Shown in pieces: positions 1 through 10,057 of a stretch of DNA of 64,000 bases (position 1 is its first letter; the number at the start of each line of letters is the position of its first letter). Made by a program: the position numbers and the translations under genes. The stretch is from an uncultured Acidobacteriota bacterium (GTDB lineage: Bacteria > Acidobacteriota > UBA6911). The notes beneath the pieces are model-generated. The model had not been told where the DNA came from. It ran no database searches and worked only from the letters and a program-made list of their open reading frames with translations. The stretch lies in the NCBI GenBank assembly GCA_963827655.1, contig CAWHCF010000036.1:32001-96000 (forward strand). The letters run 5' to 3'.

Positions 1-393
1 GCGCCGCAGACCAAGGGCCAGTTCTTCCAGATCGATCTGGGCGCGGCACAGACGTTCGCCGGCATCGTGCTCGACTCGGGAAACCACAGTTTCGAGAACG
101 ATCATCCCCGCCGCTATGAAGTGTACGTTTCCAACGACGGCGAGGCCTGGAGCGGACCCGTGGCAAACGGGGCGGGACAGAGCCCGACAACCGATGTCAC
201 GTTCATCGCGCAAACGGCGCGCTACATCAGAATCGTTCAAACCGGCAGCGACCCAGGGTACTGGTGGTCGATCCACGAAGTGAACGTTCCAAACCCAGTA
301 AAAAGTAAGAAAGTGCTGAGTAAAAAGTCCGACGTTTCCACTTTCTACTCAGCACTTTCTACTTTCTACTCAGAAAGTCCTGGTGCCCGTTGA
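1..393 (+). CDS. C-terminal F5/8 type C (discoidin/CBM32-like) domain of a gene that starts before the window
   Basis: Frame 1 is open from base 1: FQIDLGAAQTFAGIVLD...YEVYVSNDGEAW...ARYIRIVQTG...WWSIHEVNV is a typical discoidin motif. The last ~35 aa are translated repeat DNA, so the true stop is probably near 300. Confidence 0.8.
   Translation, partial: APQTKGQFFQIDLGAAQTFAGIVLDSGNHSFENDHPRRYEVYVSNDGEAWSGPVANGAGQSPTTDVTFIAQTARYIRIVQTGSDPGYWWSIHEVNVPNPVKSKKVLSKKSDVSTFYSALSTFYSESPGAR
297..372. repeat. Inverted heptamer-type repeat (AGTA(A/G)AA / TTCTACT) between convergent genes
   Basis: AAAGTGCTGAGTAAAAAGT...ACTTTCTACTCAGCACTTT; a related copy lies at 49762-49868. Confidence 0.8.
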
Positions 394-1242
394 CTTGAGC
401 CGGATCTTGTACACGGAAGTCCGGGCCGTGATGTAGAGCGTGCGGTAATTGTCGCCCCACGCCACGTTGCTGGGCTTTTCCGGCGTCTCGATGGTACCAA
501 TGTGTCGTCCCTCATTGAACACCCACACGCCGCCGTGACCCGTCACGAAGATCGTGCCGTTCTCGTCGGTCTTGAGGCCGTCGGGACCGCCGGGCTGAGA
601 GTGCTTCATCTCGGCCACTAACTTGCCGCGGGTCAACGAGCCGTCCGGCGCAATCTCGAACGCGTGGACGTTCTGGCGCTCGCTGTCGGCGAGGTAGAGT
701 GTCTGCTGGTTCGACGATAGCGCGACGCCGTTGGCGCGCCCCATCTCGCGTGTGGCCAGCCGGACGGTCGCCGACGCCCCGTGAGGCGCCTTGATCTGGT
801 AGACTGCGGAGAATTCGACCTTACCGTCGCCCGATGTGGCGTTGCGGGCGCGGAGATCGGTGAAGTAGATACTGTTATCAATGGCGTGGACCAGGTCGTT
901 CGGGGCGTTCAGCGCCTTTCCCTCGAACTTGTCGGCCAGCACCGTAATCGAACCGTCCTTTTCGGTCCGCGTGACACGGCCGGCGGTTCCTTCGCAAGCC
1001 AGCAGCCGCCCCTGGCGGTCGAAAGTCAGTCCGTTGGACCCGTTTGAATTCTCCCGAAATATCTGCGCCTGCTCGCCGGGGACATACTTGTAGATGCGAT
1101 TGGCCGGGATGTCAGAAAACACGAGGAAGCCGAGGCGGCTGAACGCCGGCCCTTCGGTGAACTGGTAGCCGGAGAGCACCTTCTCGACTTTTGCCCCCTG
1201 CTCGACAATGTCTTCCAGCGTCTTGATGTTTTTTTGAGGCAC
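370..1242 (-). CDS. SMP-30/gluconolactonase/LRE family protein
   Basis: FTEGP, SNGLTFD, PNDL, NGVALS, PDGLKTD and PSNVAWG propeller motifs. Confidence 0.9.
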   Translation of the reverse strand: MPQKNIKTLEDIVEQGAKVEKVLSGYQFTEGPAFSRLGFLVFSDIPANRIYKYVPGEQAQIFRENSNGSNGLTFDRQGRLLACEGTAGRVTRTEKDGSITVLADKFEGKALNAPNDLVHAIDNSIYFTDLRARNATSGDGKVEFSAVYQIKAPHGASATVRLATREMGRANGVALSSNQQTLYLADSERQNVHAFEIAPDGSLTRGKLVAEMKHSQPGGPDGLKTDENGTIFVTGHGGVWVFNEGRHIGTIETPEKPSNVAWGDNYRTLYITARTSVYKIRLKSTGTRTF

Positions 1243-1266
1243 CGCAGATTCTCCGAGTAGTTGGAG

Positions 1267-2473
1267 CTACGATCCTTTCCCGTGAGCGTAGTATGACTGT
1301 GCCGGAGCGCGGTAGGCGATCTTGAGCTGCGGCGTCTCGATCCGTTTGTGCCCCTGGTGGCGCGACTCGATCAGGAACGACAGCGCGCCTGATACCAGCA
1401 GAGTGCGCTCGACCGCATAATCCGTCTTACCGGTGGTAAACATGCGTCCGATCGCATCGACCAGCGGGCTGAAGTTGTTCGAGTTCTCGGTCGGGATGTA
1501 GCACAGCGTCGAATGAATCTGCCCGCCGACTTTAGCCGCGAACAGATACTCGTTAACCATTCCGGGGAGCATCAGGCTGCCGGCCCGGAAGCCGTCGTTG
1601 TACTCGATCAGGCATAGCACGGCATTCGAGACGTCTTCGGGGCGGCCCGGGGCCGCTCTTCTGTCCCCGCGACAGCGCGGCCTCCAGCAGCTTTCGCGAC
1701 CAGCGTCCGTCCGCTTCGGCTTTCCAAACCGCCTGGCCCTGCAGATGCTCCACCGCGCGGACGCCGGTCTCTCCCCCTTTACGGCGCTCGGTGAAACATT
1801 GCAGCACTTCGAGGTTATGGAAGATCCCGCCGTCCTCTACCCAGCCGCCCCCCACCGACAGCGCGTCCTCGAACGGCGCGTCGAGCGGGAAGTCCAGTTC
1901 CGGCCGGCGGAAGGTTACCGAGCACGACGAACCCGCCGCCATCGGGAACTTCAGCCGCCGCGACTGGTCGTACATCCACTTCGCCTTATCCCAGTCGTAC
2001 GAGAGATGCTTGTCGTTGAACACCGGAACGGCTCTCCCGGACTTGTCATACACGTCCACGACCTGCTTCATGAACTCGTAGCGCGGATAGAGCTTCTGGC
2101 CCTTTTCGTTATTCGGGTAGTTGCCGTGTTCTCCGATCAGCAGGACGCCGTCGACGGCCAGCTTGCCAGTACCCAGGGTGAGGGCGTCGGCGATCGTGGG
2201 ATAGATCTTGAAGCCGTAAGCGGCCGCCAGCCTTCGGCTGATGTCATTGGCGTGGACCTGGTCGGTGAAGAGCGAAACGACATCGCACGGCGGAGGATAG
2301 TACTTGTCATTAATCCAGTACCCCTCGACGAATCGCGTGATGAAGTTGTCGCTGTGTGAGCGTACGTGATAGGTCGTCGACAGCGCCGCGATCTTCTTTC
2401 GCGGCTGACCGGCGGCCGGGCGAACCGCCACGCCCGCCGCAACACCCAGGATGAATTCCCGTCGTGAAATCAT
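1267..2473 (-). CDS. Tat-exported conserved hypothetical protein (Gfo/Idh/MocA-like remote relative), frameshifted near 1640-1660
   Basis: SRREF Tat motif; VDGVLLIGEHGNYP and VFNDKHLS motifs; ORFs 1553-2473 and 1267-1620 join into one product. Confidence 0.65.
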
Positions 2474-3678
2474 GTCCGGCCTCCTGCCACTTCCTCGTTG
2501 CGCTTCATGACGCGCAGCAAATTGTCTCCCATAATTTTACGGATGTCCGCATCCGTGTATCCCGATTCGATCAGACCGCGCACCAGCACCGGGAACTTCG
2601 AGACGTCTTCGAGTCCCTGCGGGACCATACCCGAGATGCCGTCGAAGTCCGATCCCAGGCCGACATGGTCCGGTCCCACCAGTTTCGCCACGTGATCGAT
2701 GTGGCGCAACACCATCTTGTAATCCACCGGCGGAAGCATCCTGCGGTAGCGCTGCTGGATCGCGCGCTTCAGCTCGAATTTCTTCGGGTTGCCTGCCTGC
2801 TGGATCATCAGGTCGGCAATGTCGCGATCCCGCTGATCGCGGTAGCCGGTGAATGCCTGGCTAGCCTTTGGATCCAGATAGGCGACGCTGAAGTTGATGA
2901 ATATCACGCCGCCGTTTTTTGCCAGCGCCCGCAGCATATCGTCGTTCATATTTCGCGGGATGTCGCACAACGCCCGCACCGATGAATGCGACGCGATCAC
3001 CGGCGAGCGGCTCACTTCGACGGCGTCGTAGAAAGTCTTGTCGGAAACGTGCGAGATGTCGAGCATCATACCCAGGCGGTTCATCTCAGCCACCACTTCG
3101 CGCCCGAAGCGCGAGAGTCCGTTGTGGACGGCGCGATCGGTGCCCGAGTCGGCCCAGTTGTTGGTCCTGAAATGAGTCAGGGTCATGTAGCGAACCCCGA
3201 GCCGGTAGTAATCGCGCAGGATCCGCAAGTCGTCGACGATCTGGTGGCCACCCTCGACGCTCAGCAGGGCCGCGATCTTGCCTTGCCGGTGGATGCGCCG
3301 GATGTCGTCGGACGTGTAGGCCACCTCGAGGTCTTTGGGATGAAGCCGTGCTGCCTCGTGCACCGCGTCGATCAGATCGAGCGTCCGCTCCACCCACAGG
3401 TGCGGCGGCTGATCCTGAGGCTGGGCCGGGACGCCGAAGAACACGGCTCCCACACGCCCCCGCCGCAGCCGCGGGATGTCGGTCTCGTAGTAGTCATGCT
3501 CAACCCCGACATCGTAGCCCTCGTCGACGATGTGCCACGGCGTGTCGATGTGGGTGTCGAGGATCAGGATGTCCTTCATCAAGCGGTCGAATCGCTGTTG
3601 CGGATTTTCCGTTTGGGCGAACAGCGTCGCTGCGACCAGCGAGCCCAGAAACTCTCGACGGGTTTTCACGGCGGGCAT
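2470..3678 (-). CDS. Membrane dipeptidase (peptidase M19), Tat signal
   Basis: DTHID, SVEGGH, YMTLTH, DISHVS, ASHSS and GSDFDG motifs; TRREFL at the N-terminus. Confidence 0.92.
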   Translation of the reverse strand: MPAVKTRREFLGSLVAATLFAQTENPQQRFDRLMKDILILDTHIDTPWHIVDEGYDVGVEHDYYETDIPRLRRGRVGAVFFGVPAQPQDQPPHLWVERTLDLIDAVHEAARLHPKDLEVAYTSDDIRRIHRQGKIAALLSVEGGHQIVDDLRILRDYYRLGVRYMTLTHFRTNNWADSGTDRAVHNGLSRFGREVVAEMNRLGMMLDISHVSDKTFYDAVEVSRSPVIASHSSVRALCDIPRNMNDDMLRALAKNGGVIFINFSVAYLDPKASQAFTGYRDQRDRDIADLMIQQAGNPKKFELKRAIQQRYRRMLPPVDYKMVLRHIDHVAKLVGPDHVGLGSDFDGISGMVPQGLEDVSKFPVLVRGLIESGYTDADIRKIMGDNLLRVMKRNEEVAGGRT

Positions 3679-3776
3679 TCTAGCAGATATCACGAAAAAT
3701 CGGTGACAGGGCTTATTTGTACCTGCGATTCAGACAGTTATCGGTATGGATGCGGCTCAGACACCTTCCGAAGCCT

Positions 3777-3910
3777 TGTCATTGGTCATTTTTCATTTGT
3801 CATTTGTCATTCATGGGGTAACAAGGCCCGCGTCTGCGAGCGCCAACCCGGCCCGCAGCACCCACTAATGACAAATAAATGACAGATGACGAATGAGCAA
3901 TGACCAATGA
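3777..3910. repeat. Inverted arrays of the heptamer TT(G/T)GTCA / TGAC(A/C)AA (STRR2-like)
   Basis: GTCATTGGTCATTTTTCATTTGTCATTTGTCATT followed by AATGACAAATAAATGACAGATGACGAATGAGCAATGACCAATGA. Confidence 0.85.
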
Positions 3911-3914
3911 AAGC

Positions 3915-3987
3915 TTTGTGCCACTAGGGGGCCGGACGGGCTTGATAGCCCGTCCGCACATGTATGCGAGGTTTTGCGACAGTCTCG
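3915..3987 (-). mobile_element. Partial copy of the ~200-bp GAGACTGT-TIR MITE with a REP-like hairpin
   Basis: GGACGGGCTTGATAGCCCGTCC hairpin followed by GTTTTGCGACAGTCTC, matching the ends of 41014-41213 and 63116-63311. Confidence 0.7.
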
Positions 3988-3994
3988 CCGAAGC

Positions 3995-6415
3995 TTACTC
4001 GTACCGAAGCGCGGTCATCGGATCGACCCGCATGGCCCGGAGTGCGGGGATGAAGCAGGCGGTTGACGCGACCAGAAGAAGGATCGCGGGAACGGCGATG
4101 AAGGTGAACGGATCGCGTGCGCTCACGCCGAAGAGCAAGGTTTCCACCAGGCGCGTCAGTGCCAGAGTCGCCGCCAACCCGATCGCCGTTCCGGCGGCGG
4201 CCAAAGCCAATCCGCGGCCCACGACATCGGAAAGGATGTCTGAGGGCCGCGCTCCGAGTGCAATGCGAACGCCGATTTCCTGCGTGCGCTGGGAGACGAG
4301 GAACGAGAGGACGCCGTACAGCCCCACGCAGGCCAGCACCAGCGCCAACGCCGAGAACGCGCCCAGCAAGAGAGCCTGCACACGCCGCTGGCGCACCTCG
4401 TCGTCGAGGATGTCATCGAGGGTCGCGACATTTGAAACCGGCTGATCCCGATCCACCTCCCAGATGCGCTGGCGCGCTGCCGCCGCGAAGGTCATCGGAT
4501 TGTCCGCGAGAATGACAAGGTCGCGCGGAACCATCCAGTTGTCGAGGGCCTGGCGATAGGGAAAGTACATCTCGGGCCGGGCTGCCAGGTCCAGGCCCAT
4601 CTGCTTCACGTCTTTAGCGATCGCTACGATGGTTAACCATGGTCTTGACGAAGAATAATCGCCGTATTTGATTCGCTTGCCCAGCGCGTTCTGTCCCGGG
4701 AAGTACATTCGCGCCATCGTCTCATTGATAATGACCACCGGCTGCGACTGTGGTCCGTCACTTTCTTCGAAGAAGCGGCCCGCGAGGAGCGTCATACCCA
4801 TCACCTGCATGTAACCGGGGCTGACGACCCGATTGTTCGCGTCGTACGGCAGCTTGTCCATGGGCTGAGGGCGCCCTTCGACGGCGAAGCTGCTCGTGCC
4901 GCCTTTCCAGACCAGTGGCAGAGCGCTGGTAAATCCCACACCTTTGATTCCGGGTAGGCTGCGCAGGTTGGCGACGACCCGATCGAAAAAAGCCGCCCGC
5001 TTGAAGCCGTCCGGATATTTCGAATCTGGCAGCACCAGGCGCAACGTCAGCACCCTCTCGGACCGGAAACCGGGATCGACCCCGCGCAGGTTAGCAAAAC
5101 TGCGAATCAGTAGGATGGCGCTGACGAGCAGGACAACCGCCAGGGCCATCTCTGAAATGACCAGGAGGTTGCGCATCCGGTTCCCGCCGCTGAGTCCGCC
5201 TCTCGCGCCGCCTTTCTTCAGGGCTTCATTCACATCCAGGCGGGCGGCCTGGAGAACGGGCGCAAGACCGAACAGGAGCCCGGCGGAAACCGTCGCAACC
5301 AGGGTGAACGCCAGCATGCGCGAGTGAAGCTGCAGCGGAACGGCCGGGGAAACGGCGGCAGGAAGGAGCTGCTTCAGGAAGGCAAGGCTCCACCATGCAA
5401 GCACGGCGCCCAGCAAGCCACCGACGCCGGCCAGGAGCAGGTTCTCCGTGAGCAACTGGCGCGCAATTTGGAGCCGTCCGGCACCCAGGGCAGCGCGCAC
5501 GGCGATCTCCCGGGTTCGGCCGGCCGCGCGCGCGAGCAGCAGGTTTGCGACGTTGGCGCACGCGATCAGCAGCACGCAGCCGACTGCGGCCAGCAGGACA
5601 AGGAGCCCGCGCCGAAGCTCACCGACGAATTGCTCCTTCAACGTTTCGACCCGGGCGCCCATGTCACTGTTGTTCTCGGGATAGTCGCGCGCCAGCCGCT
5701 GCATGATCACGTCCATGTCGATACGCGCCTGGTCAAGGGTGACACCGGGCTTGAGCCGCGCGATGACGTGCAGGAAATGAGCGCCGCGGCGCGCCCATTG
5801 CTCTTCGCTAAACGCCAATGGTGTCCATATCTCGGTCTGCTTGAAGTAGTGAAACTCCGGTGGCATCACGCCCACGACCGCATGCTTCTCATCGTTAACC
5901 CGAATATCGCGGCCTACCAGGCCCGGATCACCGCCGAACCGCCGCTTCCACAAGCCGTGACTGATGAGCACGACCTTCGGGCCGCCGGGCCGGTCCTCCT
6001 CAGGCGAGAACGTTCGTCCGAGCGCCGGCTTTACTCCGAGTAGCGGAAACAGGTTCCAGGCGGCCGCGTAGCCATCCAGCTTCTCCGGCTCTCCATCGCC
6101 CGTCAGGTTGAACGTGCGGCCGGCAAGCGCCGCCATATCGGAAAAAACCTGGTTCTGCTTTTTCCAATCAATGAAGTTGGCGGGCGCGGGCGTGTTGTGC
6201 GGGAAGCCCATGTGGCTGGCGTCCTCCCACACCGCTACCAAACGGTCGGGCTCAGCGAAAGGGAGGGCACGCAGCAGCACGGCATCTACCACAGTGAAGA
6301 TGGCGGTGTTGGCGCCGATGCCTAGCGCCACAACGGTAATTGCGACTGCGGTGAAGGCAGGGTTCTTCCAGAGCATTCGCCAGCCGTACTTCACGTCCTG
6401 CAGGAGCGAGCCCAT
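3995..6415 (-). CDS. Orphan duplicated ABC permease (MacB/FtsX-like, acidobacterial ADOP type)
   Basis: LGIGANTAIF, LLIACANVANLLLAR, REIAVRAALGA, EIGVRIALGA and C-terminal VDPMTALRYE; no ATPase gene adjacent. Confidence 0.93.
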   Translation of the reverse strand: MGSLLQDVKYGWRMLWKNPAFTAVAITVVALGIGANTAIFTVVDAVLLRALPFAEPDRLVAVWEDASHMGFPHNTPAPANFIDWKKQNQVFSDMAALAGRTFNLTGDGEPEKLDGYAAAWNLFPLLGVKPALGRTFSPEEDRPGGPKVVLISHGLWKRRFGGDPGLVGRDIRVNDEKHAVVGVMPPEFHYFKQTEIWTPLAFSEEQWARRGAHFLHVIARLKPGVTLDQARIDMDVIMQRLARDYPENNSDMGARVETLKEQFVGELRRGLLVLLAAVGCVLLIACANVANLLLARAAGRTREIAVRAALGAGRLQIARQLLTENLLLAGVGGLLGAVLAWWSLAFLKQLLPAAVSPAVPLQLHSRMLAFTLVATVSAGLLFGLAPVLQAARLDVNEALKKGGARGGLSGGNRMRNLLVISEMALAVVLLVSAILLIRSFANLRGVDPGFRSERVLTLRLVLPDSKYPDGFKRAAFFDRVVANLRSLPGIKGVGFTSALPLVWKGGTSSFAVEGRPQPMDKLPYDANNRVVSPGYMQVMGMTLLAGRFFEESDGPQSQPVVIINETMARMYFPGQNALGKRIKYGDYSSSRPWLTIVAIAKDVKQMGLDLAARPEMYFPYRQALDNWMVPRDLVILADNPMTFAAAARQRIWEVDRDQPVSNVATLDDILDDEVRQRRVQALLLGAFSALALVLACVGLYGVLSFLVSQRTQEIGVRIALGARPSDILSDVVGRGLALAAAGTAIGLAATLALTRLVETLLFGVSARDPFTFIAVPAILLLVASTACFIPALRAMRVDPMTALRYE

Positions 6416-6431
6416 GGCGGTAAGAATCCCC

Positions 6432-6482
6432 TTCGGTTCTTAGCGTTTCTTTGAGTCTTCGTATCTTAGAGGTTGGTTCTTG
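6432..6482. repeat. Copy of a dispersed 9-mer-period intergenic repeat family (CTTCGTGTC / GACACGAAG)
   Basis: CTTAGCGTTTCTTTGAGTCTTCGTATCTTAGAGGTTGGTTCTTGT; related copies near 12905, 21266, 24240, 26025, 27035, 32365, 32945, 43675, 47152, 52472, 54092, 59698 and 60702. Confidence 0.8.
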
Positions 6483-6597
6483 TGGCGCTCGACATGCAGA
6501 CCGGGATGGGCATGTTCCCGGAGGTGGCCGACGAAGCCGTCTGTCACGTCGCGATCGTTCACGGACTGCTCTTCTTCGCGCCGTCCAACGTTCGCGT

Positions 6598-6858
6598 TCA
6601 GCGGCGGGCGCTTTTTGCCCGACCGCTGGACCGCGTCGTTAGATGCCGCGTTGCCTCGGATATCTTGAGCAGTGATCTCAAGGCTTCGTTGACTGCGTCA
6701 GAGCTTCGAAATGCTCTCGCCACGTCTGGTTCAAGCACGACAACATTTGCCCCCTGTTTCAGGAGGCGGCGGTAGTACTTTCCTCGAACGGCTGTCGAAT
6801 AGTCGAACTCGTATTCAGGCCGCATCTCATCCTTTTCTGACCGACTCTGGACCTTCAT
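6598..6858 (-). CDS. BrnA-like antitoxin, orphan
   Basis: DEMRPEYEFDYSTAVRGKY...VVLEPDVARAFRSSDAVNEALRSLL fits BrnA/DUF4415-like antitoxins; no BrnT-like ORF upstream. Confidence 0.7.
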   Translation of the reverse strand: MKVQSRSEKDEMRPEYEFDYSTAVRGKYYRRLLKQGANVVVLEPDVARAFRSSDAVNEALRSLLKISEATRHLTTRSSGRAKSARR

Positions 6859-8488
6859 GAACCGCTCCCTCTCGCGCTACGGTCCGGGTCAACGCGGATC
6901 CAGGAGTCGAATCGCCGGCTTACGCTGGCAGCGCGCGCAGCGCCTCGCGCGCCCGCTTCATCGGCTGCGATTCCGAATCCTCCGTCCCCTTGGCATAGTA
7001 CACGGTTGCCGCAAGCACGTGCGGCTGCCAGGCGGGACTGACCAGCGGGACATCTTCGATCAATGCGGCCAGGTACTTGTAGTAGTGAACCTCGTCGGCC
7101 TTCGCCCAGCATCAGGCGTACGGCTTCGGCAAGGAAAGCCTGTCGCGCCGGAAGGTCCGCTGCGAGACGGAAGACATTAAGGGCAGCCGCATCCGGGTTT
7201 GCCGGGATTCCGGCGAAGGTCTCGGTAAGGGCGCGATCGAGCTGGGGCGCTTCTCTTGCGGTTCCATGCCGGTGATCGCGAACGGCCGGAGGCCGTCCGG
7301 CCGTGTTTCGGCGAACTTGCGGAACTGGCCCATCCAACCGACCGCCTGCAGCAGGAGGAGATACCGCACCTGCGGGTCCGACGCTGTCAGGTAGGCGTAG
7401 TGCAGAGCATTGGCCGACGTGACGGCGTGGACCGCGGCGAGAGCGGCGCTCGACTTCGCGCGCATCCTGAGCTCGGCGGCGGCCAGGTGAACCGCATCCC
7501 AGACCGCGCCGGCGCCTGCGCTAGCCTTGACCAGCCGGTCTGCTACTTCGGCGCACGCTTCCTCCGGAGTCGATTCGCGCATCGATCCCAGGATGCCGCG
7601 CGTGGCCGAGGCCTGCGTCTCCTCTCGAACCCACGCCGGATTCAACCGCGAGAAAGTCTCCTTCACGCGCTTGACGTTTCCGCCGTAGCACTGGTCATCG
7701 AGAGCATATCCGTTGACTTGCTGCTGCTTCCCGAAATCGAGCATGGCTAGGGTGAGCGAACGCAGCACCGGTTCGGAGTGCTGCCAGCCCACCGCGTGCA
7801 AGGTCCGGAACGCGTTGGCCGCAAAGATCGCCTTGTGTCCGATGTTGCGGTAGTCGCGCGCGCCATATCGCCACAGCATCTCAAAGACCTCGCCGGGGCT
7901 TCGGTGGCGGGAGAGTGAAACCACTGCGCGCTCGGCGCGCTCAGGTTCCCAGGCCTCCATCGCCGCTTCGAACTCGGAGGCGGCGCGCTCGGGCGCCGGC
8001 AGTGGGTCGCGGATCGCTCGCATCGTGTAATCACCCGACGGCTGCCGCGCGTCGCGCTCCTGGGCAATCTTGAAATTGTCCAATGCGTAGAAGAGCGGCA
8101 ACAGGCGCAGGTCGGCGGGAGCTTCCAGGCCGATCAGGTGCGCCGAGTGGATGACGAAAACACAATGGAGCGCGAATCCTGGCGGCCGCGGATTGATGTT
8201 TCGGATTCCAGCCAGGAAAAGGGCGCCCAGGAGCTGGCGGTAGGAGACGCCGCGCCGCAGTTGTTCGACCAGCATCTCGGCGCACCGGTCGCGCGGCGTG
8301 CGCTCAATGAGTCCTACCAGAGGTTCGACCTCCGGACGGAACGTGACAATATCAGGCGTGACCTTGGCGTCGGAGCGGGCTAACAGAAGCGGAGAGGCGA
8401 GGCTTCCGGCAACGCCATAAATCGCCGCTCCGCCCAGACGATGCAAAACATTGCGACGCGAGATCGGCATCATGGCCATCCCTCCCAT
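6855..8488 (-). CDS. Tat-exported conserved hypothetical alpha-helical protein, frameshifted near 7250
   Basis: SRRNVL signal; His-containing motifs FALHCVF, RNIGHKAIF and VHAVTSANALHY; ORFs 7112-8488 and 6855-7337 join. Confidence 0.6.
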
Positions 8489-8604
8489 GTTTTAATTCCG
8501 ATCATAGCACCGGTTTATTCTCTCGGACGCACTAAAAGCGCATCCGGGAACGATGGGGGTGGCTTCAGGGTCGTGCCAACCGACCACCCTGGGCGGCTGC
8601 GTCC

Positions 8605-8888
8605 TTATCGTTCCCGTACGCGCGCATGCTTGCTGCGATGATGGCGTTCGAACGACTGCCTGAATTTTTCTCGTGTCCTGCGGATGGTAGTCTCGGGTTT
8701 CTCTCTGCGAACCCACGCCCCCAACGTCTCGGTCCAAATGTCCATTCTTTCCTCATTGCTGAGCTGCTGGCGCGCATGCGAATGGCCTCCTCCAGAAACT
8801 GCTTTTTCGTGATCGCCAGCCGCCGCGTCACTCTATCCAATTCATCCAGGACCGCTTCGTCGAGCCGAGCTGAGAAGATTTTCTCCAT
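8605..8888 (-). CDS. Ribbon-helix-helix (CopG/VapB-like) antitoxin, frameshifted
   Basis: MEKIFSARLDEAVLDELDRVTRRLAITKKQFLEEAIR is an RHH pattern; the C-terminus continues in other frames to ...FERHHRSKHARVRER*. Confidence 0.65.
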
Positions 8889-8900
8889 TGGGTAAATCCT

Positions 8901-8928
8901 TTCTTACGTAAGTAACATAACGTAAGAA
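8901..8928. promoter_or_regulatory. Inverted-repeat operator candidate for RHH autoregulation
   Basis: TTCTTACGT-N10-ACGTAAGAA, containing the palindrome CTTACGTAAG, 12 bp upstream of the RHH start. Confidence 0.5.
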
Positions 8929-9080
8929 CATCCGCCTTTTCAGCCCTCATCCAGCAATGGTTGCGTGATGTTCTTTGACAGCGAAGCAGAAGTAGAATAG
9001 TTCTCTCGCGCCTCATTTTTTGCAATTCATCTAAAGAAATGAACTGTAATGGTTAATCTTAATGTAAACGGAGGGTAATA

Positions 9081-9623
9081 ATGATTAAACGAAGCTGCGT
9101 CTTCTTCACCCTAGCGTTGATGGCCGCGTTGGTTACGCAGGTCGAAGCCAAAGTCGCGGATTCCAGCTCCGGCGGATTCACTATCAAGCACACCATGGAG
9201 GTCGAGGCTTCTCAGGCCGGGGCTTTCCAGGCGTTTGTCGAGAAGATCGGAGCCTGGTGGGATCCGCAACACACCTACTCCGGCAGCTCGGCCAATCTTT
9301 CAATCGATGCGCGGCCCAACGGCTGCTTCTGCGAAAAACTTCGATCTAACGGTGGGATCGCGCATATGACGGTCGTCTACGCGGATCCGGGCAGGATCCT
9401 TCGTATGTCCGGCGGTCTTGGACCTCTTCAGGCGTACGCGGTTTCGGCCGCCATGACGGTCCAGTTCAGCGAGGTTGCAAACCGAACCTTGGTCGATTTC
9501 ACCTATACGGTCGGCGGATACGTTCCGCAGGGGCTGGACAAGCTGGCGCCGATCGTCGACAAAGTACTGGTGGAGCAGATGGGTCGCTTCGAGCGGTTTG
9601 TGAAAACCGGGAAGCCGGAGTGA
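9081..9623 (+). CDS. SRPBCC/START-fold exported protein
   Basis: Signal peptide; IGAWWDPQHTYSG...IDARPNGCFCE...LRMSGGLGPLQ; GGAGGG RBS. Confidence 0.75.
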   Translation: MIKRSCVFFTLALMAALVTQVEAKVADSSSGGFTIKHTMEVEASQAGAFQAFVEKIGAWWDPQHTYSGSSANLSIDARPNGCFCEKLRSNGGIAHMTVVYADPGRILRMSGGLGPLQAYAVSAAMTVQFSEVANRTLVDFTYTVGGYVPQGLDKLAPIVDKVLVEQMGRFERFVKTGKPE

Positions 9624-9712
9624 GCCGGATCCGCGCGGTTCGCAGCCCCTCGCTGAGTCGACATTTTTGATGTACCGGTGCTATGATGTAGGCGTCAAAA
9701 CCAGGCCGCAGA

Positions 9713-10057
9713 ATGGAAAATCAGATGAATCCTGTTGTCATCAGCACGATCATCGCGGCCGCCAGCTTTACTCTCACGATCTTCAGCGCCATCTACCTCA
9801 ACCAGCGTCACGTGGACAAGCTGATCGAGCAGCTCGAGAAAAGATTTGAGGCGCGCATTACCGGGACGGAGGGCCTCATCACAGGTCTGGAACAGAGGAT
9901 GGAGGCGCGGATCTTTGGCCTGGAGCAGACGATGAACGCGCGCTTCGACACGGTGAACGCACGTCTTGACGCCGTGGACAAGCGGTTGTCCGGGGTCGAA
10001 TCACGCCTGGATCGAATCGAACAGATTCTGTTCAAGCCCGTCTTGCCCGGCGCCTGA
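9713..10057 (+). CDS. Small single-TM coiled-coil protein, paralog A
   Basis: Hydrophobic N-terminus followed by EARI/NARF heptad-hendecad repeats; paralog of 12427-12795. Confidence 0.75.
   Translation: MENQMNPVVISTIIAAASFTLTIFSAIYLNQRHVDKLIEQLEKRFEARITGTEGLITGLEQRMEARIFGLEQTMNARFDTVNARLDAVDKRLSGVESRLDRIEQILFKPVLPGA

Noticed and set aside
290-393. Lys/Ser-rich tail on the discoidin protein
   Set aside because: It is the translation of the heptamer repeat and overlaps the convergent gene, so it is probably an indel artefact.
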